Shown piece by piece: positions 57,670-64,000 of a stretch of DNA of 64,000 nt; position 1 is the stretch's first letter; each line of letters starts with the position of its first letter. A program made the position numbers and the translations under genes. Below the pieces are notes generated by a model. That model did not search any database. It was not told the DNA's origin and worked only from the letters and a program-made list of their open reading frames with translations. The stretch comes from Eubacteriales bacterium (GTDB lineage Bacteria > Bacillota > Clostridia > Oscillospirales > CAG-272), in assembly GCA_045643885.1 (NCBI GenBank), contig JAZRFY010000017.1, positions 7,060 through 71,059 of the forward strand, given 5' to 3'.

Positions 57670-60600
57670 TTAGTTTGTTGTATTACCTACGAGAGTTGTA
57701 GTACCTGTAACGATAATTTTCAAGGAGTTTGTTGCTGTATCCTCGATTATGTTAAGACCGGGATAGATTGAAAGTCCGTTTGCGTCTTTATCGTTAAGAT
57801 TGGATATACCCTTGATAAGTGTGATTTTGCTAAAGTCTGATGCTGAATCACATCTGATTTCAATAACAACACCTCGTTCAAGAATGAGTGTGCCACCATT
57901 TTGAATATCAAAAAGAGTTGCTGATGCATTTTTGTTAAGGTTTGTAACGCGGAATATAAGATTACCGTGTTGGGAAATTCCACCACTAACAGTGAGTGAG
58001 GAGCCGCTGTTGATTTGGAAGAGAGTCCATGCCTTAGCAGCACTATGTGAAGCATCGTAGGAAAGCTCGAATGAGTTGAGCGAAAGGTAAGCATCCTTAT
58101 CCGTAACACCTGAGGCTGTGACGTTTGCCATAAGTTCCTGGTTGCCTGCGGAAATTTTTCCTGTGAGATCCCTTGACATGATAGCAGTCTTGCCTTGAGA
58201 GAGGGCATTGAAGAGCGCGTTAGCATCAGTAAAGTCCGAAAGAATCTCGGGATTTTCATCAACAGTATAAACGGGCTTAATGATAATGTCGCTCTTTGCG
58301 TTTTTCAAAAGGTCTGCATAAGGCTCCCACTGTCCGTAATAACCTGCTACTGTGGGAACTGCGGGAACGTTTTTGAGTGACGTTGCACCGGGTATGAACT
58401 GTTCGGAATAGATTTCCTGACCTGAAACGTCAACAAATCTTGCATAGAACTTTGTGACGTCGTTTTTGTAAACGACTATAGTCTGATCCTGGCCTGCAGG
58501 GATCGACGTGATTACTTTTCCGTTGCTGTCGATCCAGTTGAAGCCTTCTTCCGATGCCATGAGGTTGTAAGCCTTTGAATTGTCAGTTACGTATTCAACT
58601 TCGAGAATGCTCGTACCTTCAAGATAGATAACGTCGTAATCGTATGTGAGGATTTCAACGCCGGGATGCTCAAATACGGGATTTGCTCCCCAACCGTAGC
58701 CTGTGAAGAGCTGAGAGAAGGGAAGATAGCAAGCAAGCTTGTCCTCGTTAGGTGTATGTGCATGAGTACAGCTGATAGCATTTCCTTCAAGGTCAAATAC
58801 GATGTCCTTGTCGTCAACGCGGCTGAACTGGAAGTCTTCTGTATAGGAAGCAGAGGAATTCTTTTCGAATTCGCAATAGTAATAGTCCGACCAGCTACCA
58901 AAATATACCTTGCAGTTATGGCATTCAAGGTTGGATGCAACGGGTGTGCTATCTCTGCCGATAGTACCGACTATCATACCTGCATATCTGTATTGGTAGT
59001 ACTGATAGTTACCGCAAACGTCGTTATAAACGTCGATAGTAGCTGCAACTGTGCAGTTTGTCATAACTGCCTTGCTTGTTGTACCGAGGTAACCCATGAT
59101 ACCGCCACAAGAAACGTCCCAAGAGCCCCAAAGAGCAACGATTTTGTTGGAGCTGCCAACTGTGATATCTGTAAATGTGTATTGTGCGTTGTCGCCCTCG
59201 TCCCAACCGATGATTCCACCAACACCTGTGTTATAAGTGCAGGGAAGACATCTACGGAGTGTGATATTTTCAAAGGTACCACCGTTTCCTCGTCCTGCTA
59301 CGCAACCTGTGGGAGCGAATTCACCCTCAAGAATAAAGTTTTCGAGCGTGAGGTTCTTAACTGTACCGCCACTTACAAGTGCAAACAAGCCAAGGGATTT
59401 TTTGTAGTATGTTCCGTTATAGTGTCCCTTGATGTTCCATGTGTTCTGGTAAAGATCCTTGATCTTCTTGTTATTACCGTCGAATGTACCTTCAAAGGGA
59501 TGAGGAGTATCGTTTGTGTCGTTTACATCGTATTTATAGCCGATGGGGTAGAATACCAAGGGATTTCCGTTTTCATCGGTATGTCCCTCACCACCAAGGT
59601 CGAGGTCGGAATCAAGCACGATTGTCTTGCCGTAGAAGGTGTTGCCGTTTGCAACGAGCTCACCGAGACCTGCGAGCTCTTCTGCTGTGCTGATGTGGAA
59701 TTCCGTGTCGGTATCGTTGTACCAAGAGGTATCAACGCCGCCGTTCCATGGGTTGTCGATAGCAACTACTGCAGTTACCTCACTGAAGGAAGCAATGTGG
59801 ATGCTGACCTCACCTGTATCGGAGTTATATGTAAATTGGTTGTGAGCTGTAAGGCTTGTAACAAGCTCCATCTTGTTAGCCACGCCGTTTTCAACGTGGA
59901 AAAGCTCAACTGAAGAATCCTTAAGTCCTGTGGGAAGGATTGCTCCAAGATTGATTGTCATGGGAACAGTATTGTTTTGCGCGATACCGTCGATGTGAAC
60001 GTCGATACTGCGTGAAAGCGTACCGTCATTCATGGTAATGTTTGATGAGCGCTCTGTCTGTTCAATTGTAAGAGTGAGCTTAGTTGCACCGTCCGCTACC
60101 TGAACGCCTGCAGGAATATACGCGTTTGAGAGGTCGGTTGATTTGCCGATAGTGATGTCATTTGACGTTGTGTTGTCGTTGTTGAGCATGCCGTCAAGAG
60201 AAGCTGAGCTTGATGATGATACGGGCATGTCGGGGAAGACTGAATCGTTATCATATGTTTCATCATAGCTATCGGATTCACTTGAATACTGAGTTGCTGC
60301 GATCTGAATATCGAACTCACCAAGAGATTCACCCATATATTCGTTGCCTGCGGACTCCTGCATCTTGAGTGCGATACCGAGAGTTGCGATTTCACCTGAA
60401 AGCAACGTGCCGTATGTTGTGCTCTTAATGGTGTTTACAAAATCTGCAACTGTTCCAACCTTAACGTATCCGTCAAGATTGCGATCGGCAGGATATCCTG
60501 TAGCACCGGGGCAAACGTAAACGTCAATCACGTTTGCAAGTGAAGAAAGCTCGTTTGGAGAAACGAATCTTGCCTCCCACTTGAGTGCGAGATTGCCCTC

Positions 60601-60876
60601 GTTTTCAACTCTAAAAAGAGTTACTGCAGTATATCCGGGCTCCCAAAGATCATAGTCGAAGATTGCTTTGGCGGAATCCTTGATAGAGGACAATACGCCA
60701 CTCTCCTTGTCGAGTATTTCCAAATCAATTTTGAGGTTACCTGCAACAACCTTGTTTCCGGAGCTTGTTACTTCGTCAGTAAACCAAGCCCATGTTGTAC
60801 CAAGCAACATTGCAAAGCAAAGCATCAAAGAAATTACGCTTGTTATGAGCGTGCGCTTTGTTGAAATTCTTTTCAT
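57670..60876 (-). CDS. Large surface protein with SipW-class signal peptide / TasA-like N-terminus and GLUG-type beta-helix-like region
   Basis: LLGTTWAWFTD...N.V.AGNL.I, LWEPG, V.NEGNLALK, MQESAGNEY, ATQ...E.DS; W.G.VDTSWY..I.TAEELAGL, F.GTFDGN. Confidence 0.75.
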   Translation of the reverse strand: MKRISTKRTLITSVISLMLCFAMLLGTTWAWFTDEVTSSGNKVVAGNLKIDLEILDKESGVLSSIKDSAKAIFDYDLWEPGYTAVTLFRVENEGNLALKWEARFVSPNELSSLANVIDVYVCPGATGYPADRNLDGYVKVGTVADFVNTIKSTTYGTLLSGEIATLGIALKMQESAGNEYMGESLGEFDIQIAATQYSSESDSYDETYDNDSVFPDMPVSSSSSASLDGMLNNDNTTSNDITIGKSTDLSNAYIPAGVQVADGATKLTLTIEQTERSSNITMNDGTLSRSIDVHIDGIAQNNTVPMTINLGAILPTGLKDSSVELFHVENGVANKMELVTSLTAHNQFTYNSDTGEVSIHIASFSEVTAVVAIDNPWNGGVDTSWYNDTDTEFHISTAEELAGLGELVANGNTFYGKTIVLDSDLDLGGEGHTDENGNPLVFYPIGYKYDVNDTNDTPHPFEGTFDGNNKKIKDLYQNTWNIKGHYNGTYYKKSLGLFALVSGGTVKNLTLENFILEGEFAPTGCVAGRGNGGTFENITLRRCLPCTYNTGVGGIIGWDEGDNAQYTFTDITVGSSNKIVALWGSWDVSCGGIMGYLGTTSKAVMTNCTVAATIDVYNDVCGNYQYYQYRYAGMIVGTIGRDSTPVASNLECHNCKVYFGSWSDYYYCEFEKNSSASYTEDFQFSRVDDKDIVFDLEGNAISCTHAHTPNEDKLACYLPFSQLFTGYGWGANPVFEHPGVEILTYDYDVIYLEGTSILEVEYVTDNSKAYNLMASEEGFNWIDSNGKVITSIPAGQDQTIVVYKNDVTKFYARFVDVSGQEIYSEQFIPGATSLKNVPAVPTVAGYYGQWEPYADLLKNAKSDIIIKPVYTVDENPEILSDFTDANALFNALSQGKTAIMSRDLTGKISAGNQELMANVTASGVTDKDAYLSLNSFELSYDASHSAAKAWTLFQINSGSSLTVSGGISQHGNLIFRVTNLNKNASATLFDIQNGGTLILERGVVIEIRCDSASDFSKITLIKGISNLNDKDANGLSIYPGLNIIEDTATNSLKIIVTGTTTLVGNTTN

Positions 60877-61073
60877 TTGTTGACCTCCTGCGTGAAGATG
60901 TTATGTAACGAAATAATAAATTGTATAATTAGAAATACTATTATACAATATATTACGCTAATTGTCAACAAAAAATGCGATTTAGTTGCTTTTGTGCAAG
61001 CAAAGCCGACGTTTAGCTCCACCAAAACAAAAAAGTTACACCGTACGGATAATATTGTAAGTGCTAACAATGC

Positions 61074-61226
61074 CCCACTCGCGTCGCATAGTCGTCTTGC
61101 TTCGTGAATGATTCACTCGCAACACTCCTTGCTTTGGCTCCTTCACAAAAGAAAAAGGACACACCGTGTCCTTTTTCTTTTGTTCACCCACTCCCTCCTC
61201 CGTCGGTCGTGGCTTCAAATCCCCAT
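61074..61226. repeat. Structured tRNA-linked element with inverted copy of the tRNA T-arm
   Basis: 18-bp perfect stem at 61145-61183, palindrome GTGAATGATTCAC, and GGTCGTGGCTTCAAATCCC (61205-61223) matching the tRNA-fMet T-arm in opposite orientation. Confidence 0.55.
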
Positions 61227-61239
61227 CTACTCATAACGG

Positions 61240-61279
61240 ATAAAACAAAAAGCACACCGATTGGTGTGCTTTTGTTTTA

Positions 61280-61280
<1 letters not shown>
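61240..61280 (-). terminator. Terminator of tRNA operon
   Basis: AAAAGCACACC-gatt-GGTGTGCTTTT with extended A/T flanks directly after the CCA end. Confidence 0.8.
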
Positions 61281-61357
<77 letters not shown>

Positions 61358-61374
61358 ATATCTGGTGATTAAGG

Positions 61375-61463
61375 TGGTGCCGGGAACGGGAATCGAACCC
61401 GTACGGTGCTCTCGCACCACGGGATTTTAAGTCCCGGGCGTCTGCCAATTTCGCCACCCCGGC
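61375..61463 (-). tRNA. tRNA-Leu (UAA)
   Basis: GCCGGGG...GACTTAAAATC anticodon arm, long variable arm GGTGCGAGAGCACC, GGTTCGATTCC, CCA end. Confidence 0.95.
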
Positions 61464-61508
61464 GGAATTTGCATCGCCACGACTGTGACCACTCTTAATT
61501 GCTTGAGT

Positions 61509-61537
61509 ATTATAACACACAAAAACGCTTTTGTCAA
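61509..61537 (-). promoter_or_regulatory. Sigma-A promoter of tRNA operon
   Basis: TTGACA-17 nt-TATAAT with extended TG. Confidence 0.85.
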
Positions 61538-61628
61538 CACCCTTTTTAGAAAAAATATTGACTTTTTTTGATGAAAGGGTTACAATATTATATATTACAA
61601 TATATTATATAAGAAAGCCAGCTTGTTT

Positions 61629-62042
61629 ATGCTTAAAAAATTTAAAGACATTGTTTCCGAGGTTTTCTTTGGTGAGATTATTGACGGATTTGATCCCAAA
61701 AATTCGTTTTGCTTTGAATCGTTTGCATTTTCTTTGGTCAGTCTGATGTTCCTTGCAAGAAATTATTCTGCAGACAGGAGTGCAGGACTCAAGATATACG
61801 TTGACGAGATGGGATTTTATTATGATTTTGGTTTTAAGATAGCCAAACAATACAGTGGTGAGGAGCTTTCGAGGGTTGCTCCCGAGCTTAAGCACCTTAT
61901 GATCAAGGCTGATGACAGGCTCTTCACTTGCTTTTGTGTGCAAAAGGAGGACACCTTCGTTCTGCGCGCATTTCCTTGGTTGAGGCATCCGAATTCTGCC
62001 GACCTCAAGGAGAGACAGGAAAAATTCAGATATGATTATTGA
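61629..62042 (+). CDS. Hypothetical protein upstream of recG
   Basis: 137-aa ORF after a TTGACT-17-TACAAT promoter, ending 18 nt before recG; no motif recognised. Confidence 0.55.
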   Translation: MLKKFKDIVSEVFFGEIIDGFDPKNSFCFESFAFSLVSLMFLARNYSADRSAGLKIYVDEMGFYYDFGFKIAKQYSGEELSRVAPELKHLMIKADDRLFTCFCVQKEDTFVLRAFPWLRHPNSADLKERQEKFRYDY

Positions 62043-62060
62043 TGATAGGAGGGAAAGGGT

Positions 62061-64000
62061 ATGAAAAAATTGAGCAATGCACCGATAACTGTTCTTCAAG
62101 GTGTAGGCCCTGCACGTGCAAAGGCTTATGCAAAGCTTGGCGTGGAGACTGTGTCCGATATTTTATATCATTTCCCGAGAGCTTACGAAAACAGAGGGGA
62201 CGTAAAGCCTTTGTCCGATTGTGTTGCGGGTGAAAAATCATCGGTATGTCTTGTTATTGGAACTGTACCCAAAAAGACGATGATAAGAAGGGGGATGACT
62301 CTTCTTAAATTCACAGCGTTTGACGAAAGCGGAACGTGCGAGATAACCTTCTATAACCAAAATTATCTTGCTGATAAATTCCCGCTTGGGGCGACCTTCA
62401 GATTTTACGGACAGGTTGAGAAGGTAGGAAAGCGCTATAAAATGAACAGTCCTGCATACGATATGGTCATCGAGGGCGAGGAGCTTCCACCGTTGGTTCC
62501 CGTATATCCTATGACCGAGGGATTGACCAAAAACCGACTTTCAGCCGACATCAAGGCAGCCATGAGCGCACTTGCCCCCGAGGTCTCCGACTATCTTCCT
62601 GACGAGATAAGAAGAAGATACAGGCTTTGCACCTTGCCCTTTGCTTTAAGGGCAATACACGATCCTGCCGATTTTGAATCGGTTGCACGAGCAAAAAGAA
62701 GAATCGTATTTGACGAATTCTTCACCTTCGCTCTCGGAATGGCCATCAGTGGCAAAAAGAGACGTGAATACGGCGCTCCAAGATGTGAGAATAATGATAT
62801 AAGCGACCTTATTTCTTCGTTCCCCTACGAGCTTACGGGGGATCAGATGAAGACGATTGAAGATATAAAACGCGACATGGCAAGTGACGTGCCGATGAGC
62901 AGAATAGTTGTCGGTGACGTTGGCTGTGGCAAGACTGTATGTGCTATGGCTGCAATGTGCATTGCTGTGCAAAGTGGACGTCAGGCAGTGCTCATGGCTC
63001 CCACCGAGATACTTGCGCGTCAGCATTTTGCCGATATCTCTCCCATCTTTGAAAAAATGGGATATAGCGTAAGACTTCTTGTCGGCTCTATGACTGCAAG
63101 TGAAAAGAAAAAGGTAAGAGCTGATCTTTCCGAGGAGGACAAACAAAGAAGAGTTGACGTGGTTATCGGTACACACGCGCTTATTTCCGACGGAGTTGAG
63201 TTTGCCGATGCAGGTGTGCTCGTTACCGACGAGCAACACAGATTCGGTGTTGCGCAGAGAGCTACTCTTTCCAAAAAGGGAGAGCGTTCGCACGTTCTCG
63301 TTATGAGTGCAACTCCTATTCCGAGATCACTTGCACTCATACTTTACGGTGATCTGGATCTTTCCAAGATCAATGAGATGCCCCGTGGCAGACAAAGGGT
63401 TGATACCTTTGTTGTTGATGAGGCCTATCGTGCAAGACTTAACGCATTTATTGAAAAACAGGTTGCCAACGGCGACCAGGTATATATAGTATGTCCTTCA
63501 GTCGAGGAGAAGGAGGAGGAAGAGCTTTCGGGAGAGATTGCTCTTTCCGAATTTGGCTCGAGCAAAGAGGATATGCCTCCCTTAAAGGCGGCAATTCAGT
63601 ATTCAGAGGAGCTTTCAAAGGCCTTGCCAAGCCTTAATGTTGCCTTCCTTCACGGAAGGATGAAGGGCGCTGAAAAGGATGAGATAATGAAGCGCTTTGT
63701 TGACGGTGAGATAGACGTTCTCGTATCGACCACCGTTATTGAGGTTGGCGTTAACGTGCCAAACTCCACTCTTATGATAGTTGAAAATGCCGAGAGATTC
63801 GGACTAGCTCAGCTCCATCAGCTGAGAGGACGCGTTGGAAGAGGAAGCAAAAAATCGTATTGTGTTCTTGTCAGTGACAGCAAGGGTGAAAATGCCCGTC
63901 AGCGTCTTGAAACGATGAGAAGGGAATACGATGGATTTGCTATTGCCGAAAAGGACCTCGTTTTGAGAGGCCCCGGTGACTTTATCAAGGGCTCGTCAGA
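62061..64000 (+). CDS. recG: ATP-dependent DNA helicase RecG (runs off window end; absent from ORF track)
   Basis: Manual translation: LQGVGP..LYHFPRAYE.R, GDVGCGKT, MAPTEILARQH, DEQHRFG, MSATPIPRSL, QLHQLRGRVGRG, LRGPG. Confidence 0.95.
   Translation, partial: MKKLSNAPITVLQGVGPARAKAYAKLGVETVSDILYHFPRAYENRGDVKPLSDCVAGEKSSVCLVIGTVPKKTMIRRGMTLLKFTAFDESGTCEITFYNQNYLADKFPLGATFRFYGQVEKVGKRYKMNSPAYDMVIEGEELPPLVPVYPMTEGLTKNRLSADIKAAMSALAPEVSDYLPDEIRRRYRLCTLPFALRAIHDPADFESVARAKRRIVFDEFFTFALGMAISGKKRREYGAPRCENNDISDLISSFPYELTGDQMKTIEDIKRDMASDVPMSRIVVGDVGCGKTVCAMAAMCIAVQSGRQAVLMAPTEILARQHFADISPIFEKMGYSVRLLVGSMTASEKKKVRADLSEEDKQRRVDVVIGTHALISDGVEFADAGVLVTDEQHRFGVAQRATLSKKGERSHVLVMSATPIPRSLALILYGDLDLSKINEMPRGRQRVDTFVVDEAYRARLNAFIEKQVANGDQVYIVCPSVEEKEEEELSGEIALSEFGSSKEDMPPLKAAIQYSEELSKALPSLNVAFLHGRMKGAEKDEIMKRFVDGEIDVLVSTTVIEVGVNVPNSTLMIVENAERFGLAQLHQLRGRVGRGSKKSYCVLVSDSKGENARQRLETMRREYDGFAIAEKDLVLRGPGDFIKGSS

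Noticed and set aside
2294-59913. Long antisense ORFs (e.g. 2294-3280, 24595-25488, 28655-29854, 37419-38435, 58666-59913)
   Set aside because: All shadow well-supported genes on the opposite strand, lack motifs and RBS, and are expected from the strong codon bias.
61605-62099. 164-aa minus-strand ORF
   Set aside because: Overlaps the recG start and the plus-strand ORF, which has promoter and operon context.
62646-63630. Minus-strand and short ORFs in the last 1.4 kb
   Set aside because: Shadows of recG, which the ORF track missed because it has no stop within the window.

Overview
Ordinary-looking chromosomal window from a low-GC Gram-positive anaerobe. A gut or rumen Clostridia lineage is inferred from sigma-A promoters, AGGAGG ribosome sites, and Rnf/Nfn, LytTR and SipW-type proteins. 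There are about 47 CDS, two tRNAs (Leu-UAA, fMet) and no CRISPR array, prophage, integrase or transposase. Main blocks: peptidases and transporters (0.5-14 kb); an energy-conservation cluster of nfnAB, rnfCDGEAB, NusG-II, Gx transporter, a two-repeat FMN-binding protein and apbE (14.9-26.8 kb); pyrimidine salvage genes around a large CE8 lipoprotein; a Zn/Cd efflux pair; alpha-glucosidases; a DUF5058/M20 operon; an acyltransferase, GtrA, GH16, GH16, GH3, GT2, glf, kinase, LytTR cluster; a SipW/TasA-type surface protein; and recG (truncated at the edge). The best candidate for something undescribed is an unannotated 26-codon U-rich leader ORF ending 6 nt before an intrinsic terminator upstream of the uracil permease. 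It looks like an enteric pyrBI/pyrE-style ribosome-coupled UTP attenuator with no PyrR site. Other leads are the non-canonical multi-site flavinylation module on Rnf, a four-fold repeated candidate CBM on a GH16, the glucan-degradation plus Galf/lipid-synthesis cluster, and a structured element antisense to the T-arm of the adjacent tRNA-fMet. All family calls come from motif recognition by eye; no searches were run.
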